Shown: positions 49,469-61,835 of the stretch, one piece after another
Layout: each line of letters opens with the position of its first letter
Numbering within the stretch: position 1 is the first letter of the stretch
Source of the DNA: Macrostomum hystrix
Taxonomy: Eukaryota > Animalia > Platyhelminthes
Length of the DNA: 64,000 nucleotides
Reading direction: 5' to 3'
NCBI GenBank assembly: GCA_950097015.1
Contig: CATNEN010000007.1
Location: 8,990,001 to 9,054,000 of the forward strand
Position numbers and translations under genes: made by a program
The notes under the pieces: model-generated
The model's input: the letters and a program-made list of their open reading frames with translations, nothing else
Told to the model about the DNA's origin: nothing
Databases searched by the model: none

Positions 49469-50138
49469 CCAAGCTGAGGAGCTACCGCAGTCGCTACCCC
49501 GAGTCGCAGAAGTCGACTTGACTCTGTCTGGCACTGACAGGCCTCGTAGGCTCCATCATCGGCGCAACATTCCTTTTCGTCGGCTGTCCCTGGCAAGTGC
49601 GCTGGGCCTCGTCCTCGCCATATCAGGAACCCCGAGATCGACTCTGCTGGAGCAGAAAGGGCGGATTTCGGCTAAACGCATTCACAACATGGCAAGCATT
49701 GGGCTGGCCGCGATCATCGGCCAGTTGTGCGTAGCGATAATCGACCTAATGGGCCATTGTGCACCTCACCGTGTCCTCTGTTGGCTGCCACTATTTTCGA
49801 AAGCACCAGTCTTTCGCCACAGCTGAATTGTGCTAGACTCGAATGCGCTAGGGCCTTTGAATCCTGAAAATTCTAACGAAGGCGCTGACAAAGAGTCGTC
49901 AGAGGGCGAACCAGCTGACAAGAAGTCGTCAGAGGGCGAACCAGCTGACAAGAAGTCGTCAGAGGGTGAACCAGCTGACAAGAAGTCGTCAGAGGGCGAA
50001 CCAGCTGACAAGAAGTTGTCGGAGGATGAACCAGTTGACAAGAAGTCGTCAGAGGGTGAACCAGCTGACAAGAAGTCGTCAGAGGGCGAACCAGCTGACA
50101 AGAAGTTGTCGGAGGATGAACCAGCTGACAAGAAGTAG
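49469..50138 (+). pseudogene. Possible decayed exon of a membrane protein with a C-terminal acidic 10-aa repeat
   Basis: After acceptor-like catcgcag: KLRSYRSRYPESQKST*LCLALTGLVGSIIGATFLFVG, then a frameshift to SLASALGLVLAISG..IGLAAIIGQLCVAIIDL..FRHS* continuing in the same frame into (DKKSSEGEPA)n. Confidence 0.35.
49884..50136. repeat. 30-bp tandem repeat (AGAAGTCGTCAGAGGGYGAACCAGCTGACA)n
   Basis: About 8.5 copies; open frame DKKSSEGEPA. Confidence 0.93.
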
Positions 50139-52124
50139 ACAAAAAGGCAATTAGTGGATTAGTCTCAAGGTTGCCTTATGGTGGCCTCAAGGTCAAGTCC
50201 TAAAGTTGAACCTGGTAAGAACTAGTAAGAAAAGGACTTGTGATCTTATTGATATTTATTGACAATATTATTTTGACAAAGATAACCTCACATCGTCCTG
50301 GACGGTCGCGCCCAGCACCTTCTGCGGCTCCTTGCCGCAGTCTGGGCTGTTACTCGGGCCTCCAACTGACCTGCAACCTGCTGCCTGTGCCTGTCAGCTG
50401 GCGGATGCGTGCGTGGTCAGTGGAGCTGGAGGAGTACGATGAGGAGGTGACAGCGAAGATTGAGAACCTCTGAGCAGGGTTGCAGACTTGTTTATGCGAA
50501 CTTTATTAATACTAGTTAAGCCTCACAAAACACGCTTGTTATTGAGCCCCTGCGCAATGAAAAGCAAGGCGATACAATAGTACCTGCTGAAGCAAACAGA
50601 CGTCACTTGACTGGCCAAGGCTTCCTTAATTAGAAAGCTGAAGCAACTGGGCGAGGAAATTCCCAGCGCAAAAAATTCTTTTATTTTGTTAAAATGGGAA
50701 AATTTCTTAGCGGAGGCCCACAGAGAGCAGATTAGAGAATCTTTGTCAGCAAGTCGCAACTTCCATGGCGGCAAGGCCAGAAACTAAGTTTTTCTTTGTC
50801 TGGGTTGCGTGGGAAGGCATCAGCACTCAGGCAAAGTTTAGGCCGCATTTAGAATCCCAACTTCTGTAGACACAGATTAATGATGCACCGAAATAATTTT
50901 AATTCCAAGATAACCATTGAATTTTCTGTTTGATTTCTCTTTCAGTCCTTCACAAAGCGAAGACAATGAATTTCAGAATCATCAGTTGAAGTCAGGCAAA
51001 CATACAATCACTGCGTACAGTCTGCATCTAAACTTGCTTTTCTCCAGGTGCAAACTCGGGTTTTCGATTTGTTTAGAAAGCGATCCAACTTCCTGCCAGG
51101 GTGTAACAGAAAAGTTTTGCAGCGGTGCGCCAACTCGCGGCCTGTTGTTGTACGACTATATTAGTCAGTAGTCATACAGCCGACCCGCCCACAGAGACTT
51201 CACAATACAAGATCCGAAGTCATCTTTGCCAGCAAGTCTTAGGCAGTAAGGGCAGAAACTGGGTTTCGCATTGTCTGGATTGTGTGGGAAGGCTTGGCCC
51301 TCAGCTACGTGGCTCATCTGCACGTGCAATTTCTCACTTGTTTTTTTCCCAGCTGCAGAGGGAGTTGTGTTTGCCGTAGCTCACGACTTCCAGAAATGTG
51401 AATTTGGCACTAAAGATAATGAGCTAAAAAGACTAATTTACAATGCAGTCTTCTGTTCCTCTTCATGAGAATTGGAACTTTCAAGTTGTTCCATTTTTAC
51501 CAAGTACGAGCGTACTCGTCGTACTTGGGAATTTATTTGAGTACAAAGTTCCGCCGCTAAGTTTAGCTTTATAATCCTAAAATCAGAAGACAACTTACCA
51601 ACGATGTACTTTTGACTCTCACCAGCGGCAGGCCAGCTCGTCAGCGAAAAATGGGCTCAAATTCTTCCATTCCCAAAGTTCCCTGCTCCCAACACGATGT
51701 CGTATTTGCTGTTGATGCCAACTTGTTATGAATTATTTTAGTTATTTCATCTAACCATTGAATTTTCTGTCACGAACGAACGAGAACTGAAGACAATGCA
51801 CTTGAGAATTATTTATGTAAGTCAGGCAGACGTAAAATCACTGCATACAGGTGTGAACTGGGGTTTTTCGGTTTCGCTTCAAGGAAGGCAATCCTGCATC
51901 CTCCCAAACTCAACAGAAAAGTTTGTCTGCAGAGTAATTCAGGGTAGCATAGGAGCCGTCACGGCGAATGTCCCTCGCTGTTCAGCACTTTAAAGCCAGG
52001 TGTAGCCGTATAGCAACTCTAACAATGCGGCGTAAATTTGCAAACAGAAAATGTCAAGCTGCTGAAACTGCTCTCAACTGTGGTTGGCTGGTCGAGACAC
52101 AAAGTTGACAGGCACCTCGCATGC

Positions 52125-52131
52125 TATAAAA
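52125..52131 (+). promoter_or_regulatory. TATA box (TATAAAA) of the PAN-LamG gene
   Basis: ~60 bp upstream of the ATG at 52190. Confidence 0.55.
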
Positions 52132-52189
52132 ACCTGGCGTTCCGATTCACAAGCCCGCCAGAAGCCACAGTCTCTCACCCGCTCAAGCC

Positions 52190-53971
52190 ATGCAGGCGGA
52201 ACGCGAGCTGTTTTTCTGGTGCGCAGCTCTGCTGCAGATTCTCCGGTGCGTCTCGGAGCGCTCGACCGGCCAGTTCGTGCCGGCAGCCCTGTGCCCCAGC
52301 TCTGCAGTGCCCAACCAGCTTGAGAAGTCTAGGATTCTCTGCGGTGCCTCCTGCAGCCGGCGGCTCCGCTGTGATCTGTTCCACTTCAGCCGTGAGACCG
52401 GCCGGTGCTACCTGGGCAACTCGAGCTGCGCTGGACTCGCGCTATGGACAGATGGGCCCTGCATGTCTTACAGGGCGGGTAATTGCAAAGGCTTCTAATA
52501 ATACATTACATAAATCCCAGATCGTTTTGTTTCGGAAACTGAAAAGTTAGCCAAATTCGCGAAAGTCGATTTATTTCCTTAGAATCAGTTCACAAAGCAG
52601 GTGCGCTGCCAATAATTTCCAGTGCGGCAATCGCCGGAGCCGATAGCGGACCTGTTGAGCCTGAAGCTGCTCTACCGATTTGCCACCCACGGCCTGGAGA
52701 ACATCGCCGACCCCCACAGCCACCGGCTCTGGGCCGGCACAGTACCAATTGACGCCGAGGGAGCGCACTTCACCACGAGCCTGAGCTCCTACCTGATGGC
52801 TGAGACTCCTTGCTTTGAGAAGGTGGTCAACAAGGGCAACAAGTTCTCATTCTTTGTTCGGGCCAAGCATCCTTTGAACATAGAGTAAGTATTTCTCTAT
52901 GTTCATTTCTCTAGGGATTTCTCTAGACTGGGAGTGCAATCAGTTCAGGTTAACCCCGAGACTGCGGTTTGACTGCACTGAAGGCCACAGAGCTATGTCT
53001 ATGGCCTGCGATCGTTCGCTTGAAAATATTATTTCACATTTCAGCATAGTCGCAGCTTGCGGTCGTGGACTGCAGAGCATAAAACCACAAAGTCGAAAGT
53101 TAAAAATGGCTTGGTGGATAAATACGAGAATATTTCGATGTAGCGTAAAGTATGCAAGCTAAAACAATAACTTGAACAGGAGCTTTGCAAAGAAAGTGGG
53201 TTGCCTGTTTTGAGGCCACAACGGCATGGGTTCATTGAAAAATATTCTTAGGGAGGCAAGCAAGCTAACGAAAAAGGGCTATTAAACTTCTGGGGCAAGG
53301 TGGCTATTTTCCTAAGAAACAGATATAAATAGTGCGTATTGAAGAAATAACAACATCAATGGACAGATTGTTCAAATTTTAGAGCACAAAATTTAGTTAT
53401 ACAATGAGAAAATGAAAGAAGAACTAATTGACTGTCAATTGTCATTTTCAATTACAAGCATAATTTACTATATTAAAATTGTAAATGCTATAATGAATGA
53501 TATAATGCCACTTAACAATCTGGCTCCTCATCTCACGTCATTTTTCACAGCGGAACATACGTTGCATTTCGTCAGTGCAGCGGTATCAACGTGGCCCACG
53601 ACTTCTACACGTACAACGGAAACACCTGGCATCAGGTGTTCTGGCCATCCGACGGCAAAAGCTATCTGTCCAAGTCTGGCGAAGTGTTCACGAAGAGCAG
53701 CAAAGTCGCTCTGATCTCCGCCGGCGTGACCTACGACACGGACCGCAACATCAACTTCTTCTTCAACGGGAGCATGTATCCCGCCACTCTGGACTCGACC
53801 AAGGCGGCCAGCAGCCTCAGCAGCGCCAACTTCCAGTGCCTGCAGCTGGGCGGTTTTCCCGGAGATGCGCAGTACTCAGTGCAGGGCAGCATCTCCTGCT
53901 TCGGCCTGAGCACTCGGCTGCTGACTCTGGCCGAGTTCGGGCAGCTGGACGACTGGTGCAAGCAGTTCTAG
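52190..53971 (+). CDS. Secreted PAN/Apple-like + LamG/pentraxin-like (ConA-fold) protein, 3 exons
   Basis: Phase-compatible exons 52190-52478, 52623-52884 and 53551-53971. PAN-like CGASCSRRLRCDLFHF..GRCYL; LamG-like FSFFVRAK..AGVTYD..FFFNG..LQLGG..VQGSISCFGLSTRLLT. Confidence 0.7.
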
Positions 53972-54544
53972 CGGCACGGGGGACCGCAGGAAGACAAAAA
54001 TCAAATCGTTGAACATTTACAGGCATGCAGATTTGCTCCGCGGAAAGTTAATGTGATGAAAACTCCTCGAAAACTTCCCTTGTTTGGCACCCATGCTCGT
54101 AGTTTCATACTGCAGGAATATAAATGATTGGACTTACTTTTCAGTAGGTCTTCCTTTCATTTTAACTTTAATTTGAATTCCTGAGAGGTCGATGGAACTC
54201 TTCCCTTGTGTTCTTTAAAGTAGTATTTTAAACCGAAAAAATCTCATTGACAACAAATCGCTGGGCAAAATTACATTCTTTGAGGTTATGTCATCAGCGA
54301 CAGCCATGCCTCCGCTGAAAGACTCATTACCAACTGCTAAATAATTTGTTAGCTTTTTCGAAACAACAGACAGCGAAAAGTGCCTAAGGTGCAGGTGGAA
54401 GCAGTGGTCTAAAAGGATTGCAGGTGAAAGCAGTGGTCTATAAGGATTGCAGGTGGAAGCAGCGAATGGATAGTATGTCAAAATACGTTTAGTATTCCGT
54501 AGCCTCGGATGCAGCGGTACTACTGAAAGTAGTCACACGCGACT

Positions 54545-54840
54545 GAGGTTGTAGCCTAGTGGTTAGGGCGTCGGACTCACGACTTGAAGGTCGGGGGTTC
54601 GATTCCCGACTCCACTGAAACAATTTGTGTCCTTTAGCAAGACACTTGCTAAGACACTCTTAGCAAGACACTCTGAATTGCTTCAGTTCAGCCAGCTGTT
54701 AAATGGGTACCCGCATTAGCTGGGATAATTGGAGGTGGGTGTGGCGTCCCCCCAGTCCATGGACTGAACAGCTGCACGCAGTCTTCAGATGCGCCGCGCA
54801 ATAGCTGCGGCTGTGCTGTCGGCAGCACATCTGGCCCAAT
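54545..54840 (+). mobile_element. tRNA-derived SINE
   Basis: Pol III A box (TAGCCTAGTGG) and B box (GGTTCGATTCC) head followed by a CORE/Meta-like body (TGTGTCCTTTAGCAAGACACTT..AAATGGGTACC); second copy at 57405. Confidence 0.85.
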
Positions 54841-55537
54841 TATTAATTATAGTCGCACGCGACACACACCCATTTCTATATTGCAAAAAAATTAATCTGA
54901 GAAACGTACCATGCCCCATGAGAACTCTTCGAAATAGTAAATTTACTGGATAATTTCGGATGACATCTAACATGTTGCTTTTCTAAGAACGTTTCTTTGA
55001 GTTCGACTTTCTTAGGTAGATCACATTCGATTGGGAAAATGAGGAAAAGATGACCCTCTCTTGAGCCCTTCTTGGTTGCAGCAAGTTTAATAATCGTTGG
55101 AAAAGCGGTCAGTAAACGGATGCGCAAAGTCCTTCATGGGGTCAATTAACCGTGCTTGGCGTCAACCTCTAATTTAAAAAATAATTCTTCTTTGTCGTAT
55201 CAAACGTTTGGCAGTCGTTGTACAAAATAAAAAAAATAATAATTCTTGTTGTTATTGCTGGAGGGCTGCAAGCCATGGCACATCATTTGGTGACAGTACA
55301 ACCGCAGCCATCGAGGAGGCATTTCTGCTCATTCGCTGACTCCTGAGCACAGACGCACACAGATACCATACACAAGCGTACACTCATACACTCACACACA
55401 CATACTTTCACTGTGCCTTTGAGGTTGGCCATCCAGGCATAAAATGCGCGACAAGCCACCAAGGGTTCTCTCCGCGACCGCGCGCCCAAATTGATGCGGC
55501 CTCTCCGCGGAATCGAGCTCAGGGACCTTGGTGCGAG

Positions 55538-55685
55538 GGCTCCAGTCGAAGACACACAAGGCTCCAGTCGAAGACACACAAGGCTCCAGTCGAAGACACA
55601 CAAGGCTCCAGTCGAAGACACACAAGGCTCCAGTCGAAGACACACAAGGCTCCTGTCGAACACACACAAGGCTCCAGTCGAAGAC
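55538..55685. repeat. 22-bp minisatellite (GGCTCCAGTCGAAGACACACAA)n
   Basis: About 6.5 copies. Confidence 0.93.
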
Positions 55686-56321
55686 CAATTAAAAGGCCCT
55701 TTCCAAAAACAGACACAAAAAATAATTTGAGTTCGTTTGTTTTTTTCTAAGCAATCGTCTGAAAAAAAGGGAAAAATCATTCACCATTTTGCAAAAAAAA
55801 CTTCTACTGAACCAGCACGGGCTAAGAGTTAGATTCAGCTCATTTTTTCTAAAAGTGGTGTGGCGTGAGTAAGGCGTAAGTTTTTTAAAGAGTTCTTGAT
55901 CCCACCAAAAATGCCTCTGCAACTCGCAACCAGAGAATTAGGAATCTTTTAAGACGAGAAAGACAAGAGAGGCGGACGCAGATACATGTATAAGCAGGCG
56001 GTACAAACTACATGGGCGGAATCAATAGTTTAAGAGATGATGTGGACTTGCCTCAAAGTCTGCGCAGAGAAGTAAAGGCAAAAAACGTTTTGTAACAATG
56101 ACAAGAACTTTCGGCTCTTAAAGTCAGCTGCAATTATAGAAATGTTTCTTATAGAAATCGCTTACACGCAAGACGAAAAAAAGTTCTAAACTTGTTGGCG
56201 GATTTTTTGTGTGGACTCAGAGCTCAGAGGTACTCAGCTTCCTACTTGAAAAAGCGCATATACTTATTTAAAGTGAGAGAAAGTCTTGAGCAAAAATTTG
56301 ATGCAGAAAACTGCACGTCTG

Positions 56322-57083
56322 TTAGTCAAATGGGGACACACACTCGCATAGCAGCTTGTTGGCATTAGAAAAATTCTCTCTTAGGTCGGTGAGGTTCCTT
56401 TTTCCTGAGTATCGCCTAAGCATACTTGCCGCGCCTCCGTTATCAGGTTCGCCAGTGGCCCACAGGTAGCTGTCCACCGGAATGTTGCAGCCGACCCAGT
56501 ACCAGCCACCTGCCGGCTCCGCGCTCCCAGGACCCTGAAAGCCTCCCAGCCACATGGAACTGCCGCTGGCTCCATCTGATCGTATGAACTCAATGTGGTC
56601 CATCTCTGCCGCGCTAGTCACGTCCGCCATGATCACCAGGCCGCTGTCGCTGTTGCATTTCTGCTGACTGCTCACCCATGAGTTGTCGGTGTTGCCGTAG
56701 ACGAAGTACTTAACGCCGCACCGCGGATATTTATAGCCCACCGGACACAGCAGTCCCGGGGGCAGTCCCGGCTGCTGCCTCACGAACACCCGGCCTCGTC
56801 TGGTACAGCCGCAGTCCCTCACAGACTTGCTGCACTTGTTGAACACGAACAGCTGGCACGGACCATCGGACAGACTGAAGGCCTGGCACTGCGGCCTCAG
56901 TCCGCACATGATGCCGCACTGCTGCTCCGATGTAACGTCGCTGAGTGTCTGGACGAAAGGGGTGCTGACGCACAGGGAGCCGTTGATGGGGGTGAAAACT
57001 AACTCACAGGGCTGGCTCCCCAGAACAGGATTTAGCAAAGCAAAAAACACGCTGACGAGCAGGCAGCAGACAACGGGATGCAT
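56322..57083 (-). CDS. Secreted PAN/Apple + C-type lectin-like protein, 253 aa, intronless
   Basis: Signal peptide; PAN QCGIMCGLRPQCQAFSL..CQLF; CTL SWVSSQQKC..MWLGG..WYW..WATGEPDN..LLCE; TATA-like motif at 57159-57163. Confidence 0.85.
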   Translation of the reverse strand: MHPVVCCLLVSVFFALLNPVLGSQPCELVFTPINGSLCVSTPFVQTLSDVTSEQQCGIMCGLRPQCQAFSLSDGPCQLFVFNKCSKSVRDCGCTRRGRVFVRQQPGLPPGLLCPVGYKYPRCGVKYFVYGNTDNSWVSSQQKCNSDSGLVIMADVTSAAEMDHIEFIRSDGASGSSMWLGGFQGPGSAEPAGGWYWVGCNIPVDSYLWATGEPDNGGAASMLRRYSGKRNLTDLRENFSNANKLLCECVSPFD

Positions 57084-57404
57084 TGCTCAAGCAACAGTTT
57101 TTATTGGCTTCCCTTTTCTAAGCTCAGACGGTTGGTTTCCCTTGTTAATTTTCCCCTCTTATACAAGCCCTGCGCTCAATTGTCAGTGCGCTGCCATTGG
57201 CTGCGGAACAGTCAAGGCGCATTCTAGCAGAATGCGCCTTTTGTTTCAAATAAACAAAAGGAAATACGCATGCAGTTCCAATTCTTAAATCGTTCGTATA
57301 CAGCAGAAATATTGTCCGGATTGCAATATGATAGTGAGCCCTCAGCTCCATTTATATTTTTTAGTCATAGTCAGTGTGACTTCATTCTTCACTTCAGACT
57401 TCAA

Positions 57405-57710
57405 GGAGGTTTAGCCTAGTGGTTTGAGCGTCGCACTAACGACCTGAAGGTCGGAGGTTCAATTCTTGACACAACTGAAACAATTTGTGTCCTTTAGAAA
57501 AACCCTTATCTGTGCATTGCTTTGGTTCATCCAGCTGTTCAACGGGTTCCAGAATGAGCTAGGATAATTGATGGTGGGTGTAGTGTCCCACCAGTCCATG
57601 GACTGAGCAGCTGAACGCAGTTTTTAGATGCACCGTGCAAAAGCTGCGGCTGCACATCTGGCCCAGTTGGGGCAAGTGTAATCAGTTGTTATTGTTAATA
57701 TTATTATTGA
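57405..57710 (+). mobile_element. tRNA-derived SINE, second more diverged copy with TTA-rich tail
   Basis: Colinear with 54545-54840 (head, core, CAGTCCATGGACTG, GCACATCTGGCCCA). Confidence 0.85.
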
Positions 57711-57835
57711 ATTTAAAGGTGCATTTTAGTTTAAGACAAGCTCACTCAACTTTAGCAAGGGAATGCATATTTCTTCGATAGCATTAATTGAGAAAGGTGG
57801 GCCATCTCACCCGAAGCTCAGTCCAGTAGAGAAAT

Positions 57836-58030
57836 TCACTCGCACAGAAACAGACACCGCAGTCCCGGCTGCGACATCACGAACACTCGACTGCTGCTCC
57901 TGTGCGCGAAGGTCTGGACGGAACGGCTGGAGCCGTTGATGGTGGTGAATCTGGCTCTGTATATCTGGCCCTTCAAAGGGCCCACTTTGGTGGACAGGAG
58001 CACGGCAAAGAGACCATAAATGAAATGCAT
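57836..58030 (-). pseudogene. Internally deleted paralog of the PAN-CTL gene
   Basis: MHF..(signal)..FTTINGS..VQTF..RVFV..QPGL matches FTPINGS, VQTL and RVFVRQQPGL of 56322-57083 with the Cys core missing; own TATA-like motif at 58087-58091. Confidence 0.65.
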
Positions 58031-60544
58031 TGTGATAGTGTTGGCTCTGCAGCGGATTTATATTAAAAAACCATTCTGCGCTGCCCTTATATCCTGCAGA
58101 CTGATGGACTCAGGATGGCTGCAAGCAAAGAACATATGTGTTTGAAAACACTACTTGCACAACCTGTTAGAAAAGTGCAGGCAGAGCCATTTCGTCACAG
58201 CGGTCGTTTTGTACTCTTGAAGTCAGTTTGTATCTCTAAAGCTTTCATTACTTCTCGTTCTCAGAAATTTAAACCTCTGTTTAGGTGTTTCCTATATGTA
58301 GTCTAGCGGTCTGACGCAGTCCAGATGTCTTGAAGGCTATAACTCTTAACGACTATCGTTCCAAGTATCTCGGCTGACTGATGCGGTCTCTTCCGGGTTC
58401 GTACCTCGGGATCAAATTAAGAAAGAACTCAAACGCAGTTAGTTTTCTAATTCGTTAAATTAATGGAGCTCAAAGATAACTCTCTAACAAAATCGCGATG
58501 GATCGTTTTTCCGCGCTCCACTTCGACTTATATCCTGTTCGAAAATCCCTCCTTTAGGGAGGTGTCAAAACTTTATCAACAGAGCGCTTAGTGATAATGA
58601 GTCGAGTGGGGTCGCAGCCCCGAGTTTAATACAGCGCGAAGCATTAGACTTCTTGGTTGGCAGGCACGCCAACCCCTGTCCTACGGAGGGTGGGTCAAAA
58701 GCCTAAACGCGTTGGTTGAGTTAGGAAAAGTTCCCGTTTCTATGGAGTCCCCTCTATCTAGTGTTTGTTGTCGCCGTCCCTCTGTCAATCAGGTCTTCTT
58801 GTGCGGTCCCGGCCTTCTCCAGGTCTCTTCTCCAGACCGGCTCCGATGTTGCAGGCAGGGCCGGGCCGGGTCGCGTCAGGCCGTGGCCGGTCGGGTAAGT
58901 CCGGGCAGGTCCAGGTCGCGTTAGACCGACGTCGGGCTGGATCGTGTCAGATTAGGCCGGGCCGTGTCGTGTCGGGCCGTGCCAGATCAAGTTGGACCGG
59001 GCTGTGTTGAGCTGGAATGAAAGTGAAAACTCGGGGCGAGTATTTATCTAATCTGTCTGTTCTTAGTTGCTTGACCTCTAGGCGAAAGTTTTCTCTCGAG
59101 TTCTTTTCAGATTTCTAAGTCTTATAATGCGGATGTCGGAACTTTGGCACACTGGAGTTAACTTCCAATCAGCCAGGAATTTCTGCTGCACCGGTTTTGT
59201 ACTATTCACGGTCGGTTAGTTTACGTCTGAGCTTAGCATGAAAAGTGAATACATGCTTATAAATAAAAGAGCTTCGAGTACAATCTCTTTAAAAGCTCAT
59301 GAAATTGCGTATCTATTTTATTAAGCTGGCTACTTATGATCCATAATAAGTTCTCTAATGAGAAAGGCAAAACCTAGCTACGCACATAGTATATATATTA
59401 TTTGAAGTCTATAGCTATCTAGACGTGATATTTGAAGCTGGGTAGGTGAAGCGAGGACATTTGTATCTCTAGAGCTTTAATTTCAGACTAGACTTAAAAT
59501 TGTCTGGTCAGCGCATAATATGCTATTTCAGAGTGCGAGTGCGCAAGAGCTCATTCGCTCGCCGCGCACGCTAGTATTTCACAAGTCGCGAGCAAAACAG
59601 AAGTTCCACATTTTTTAAAGGCTTACCCTCGAATGCTTTGTCTTCGAATGCCAAGCAAGCAGTCGTCAGGTCTTATTTCTTTCACGCTTTTTAATTCTTT
59701 CTGTTATTCAAGCATCAGATAAGTAAATGTATGCACCCCGTCTGGAAATTTTGACAATTTTTTCCGAACCATTAATTGTTCTCTCTAGACTCTAAGAGGC
59801 ACCTGCATATAAAGTATCTCTCCTTTTTCATAATGGTTATGTTATGTACGAGTATAAATTTAACGATTTCGTCATTTAGACCTACTGCACGTTTTCAGCA
59901 TTCACGTTTTTGTTTTTTACCCAAAAATGTGAAAGGCTTGAAAATGTGAAAAAAACTGTCTATATAAGAGATCAAAACTCGATGTTCACCTGTCATAAAA
60001 TACGTAAGAACCGAAAGTGTCACAAGAATCTCGATTTCACGGTTCTTACAAGCTGGTACTGCCAGGAATTGCAGCACATCCACGGTAGTGCAACAGGACT
60101 AAAGGAATCAGAGACGGCGAATAGCGCTGTTGAAGTCCAAGACTTACAGGATATTATGAAAACCGTAAGTAATGAATTACGAACTATTCTTTAATATTTT
60201 TAAACGCATGCAGTGTTGCTTGGTTCGAGCTTGGTTAAATTCCCCGCCTCCTCTTCCTCCAAGTACTTGCTTGGCGGCGCAACGCTGATCGGTCTGGTGT
60301 CGGCTTGATCACGTTTGCTGTAGAGATGAAAGGATGACCCGAGTTCTAGTTCTTTGATGTGGGACCCCCATTTAATTTTTACGAAAAGGCTGATGCGAAC
60401 AAATAGTGTAGCGGTATATTTATGAATTTCTGATCGCGGGACTAAATATTTTATATTGGGCTGACGAATTAATTTTTAAATATTGTATTGCGGAGAGCAT
60501 GCAGAAAAAAACGAAAAAGAAACTAATTAATTGATTAAAATTTG

Positions 60545-61835
60545 CAGTGTTGGGCAACCTTCCGGCACTTCCGGCACTTTTTGTGCCGGAAGTTACTGTT
60601 TTTTAAAGCGGCACTTTTTTCCGGTTCTTTTTTTTGTAGTGCCGGACTAGGGTATCGGAAGTTACTTTTTGTTAAGTCCGGTACTTCCGGCACTTTTTTA
60701 AATGCAGAGAAAAAAAGAGAAAGAAAGTAAAGAAAACATACAAATTGAAAGAATTTTCATATCATCAGTTCATAATGTCGTAAGAAATGCCGAGAAATTT
60801 CGAATTTTATTTAGTTGGTGAATTTTAACAACTTTTTGGTTCTTTAAAAAATTAAATTTTTAATTCGAGCAAAGCGAGCACCTCTTGCCGACGCGACACT
60901 AAACCGCCTTGTACTACTTCGCGGCAACAGGCATTTGATGTGAATTGTGACAACATGACTGTCTATATCTAGCTTTTACACTAGTGCTAAAGCTTTCAAG
61001 TTTAAATTACGGGGGTTCCTTTTAAGAAGCATGCAAACTTTTTTTCTCAGCTGTTAACCTAGGCTAAATTGTCTAAATGTCAAAGTAGTTTTTTCAGGGC
61101 TTAAAAGGTTATTGAATTAATAAAGGTAATTATCAGCAGGGCAGCAGCGCCACTAGAGCTACTCTTTCCACCTTTTTAGAGTTGTCACTTTATGTCATTA
61201 GTTTGTAAGACTTGTGTTGTTAGTTATTCAGTGGTGTGATTGAGGCGCGAATATGCGATTTCTGAGGGCAGGCGCGAATTATCGTCAAACAGAGGCGCGA
61301 TTTTTCAATTTTCGAATTTTCATTTTTTACTGATCACGTTTAGTCTATTTGCGCACGCTTTATTCAAATTTAAACTTAATGTAATGTTATGGTGTAAAAT
61401 ACATGCAAATCTAACTTTTTTTCAGCTTTTTTAGTTGCGCAGGCCAAACTTTTGAGCGGTAATTGGTAAAGTTCTGCCACAGCAAGGATTGAACCTTAGT
61501 GCTGGAAAAAGAAGCAAAAACCATAAAAATATAGGTTTTCAGAAATTAATTTTTCGTTTTCAATAATTTCATTTAATCATTTTCCACTTGGTTTTACTCT
61601 AGACAAGTTGGCAGTTGCAAAGGCATGTTATTATTGGTTTTTTAATAATAAAAACATAATTAAGCCCTTCTTTAACACGCGATTTTTCAAAAGTAGAAAG
61701 TACCGGTGCCGAAGAACCGGAAGTTACTTTTATTTTCGAGTGCCGGTACCGGAACTACTACCGGAAGTTACTTTCTTTAGAACCGGAAGTTACTTGACCG
61801 GAAGTTACTTTTTTAAAGTAACTTGCCCAACACTG
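60545..61835. mobile_element. Non-autonomous hAT-type DNA transposon
   Basis: 13-bp TIR CAGTGTTGGGCAA, 8-bp TSD AAAATTTG on both sides, subterminal CCGGAAGTTACT repeats, no coding capacity. Confidence 0.92.

Noticed and set aside
52915-52948. Extra mini-exon in the PAN-LamG gene
   Set aside because: Its phases are incompatible with the flanking exons, which splice in frame without it.
54545-54616. tRNA gene (Val-CAC-like)
   Set aside because: Imperfect stems, no terminator, and continues into a body shared with a second copy; it is a SINE head.
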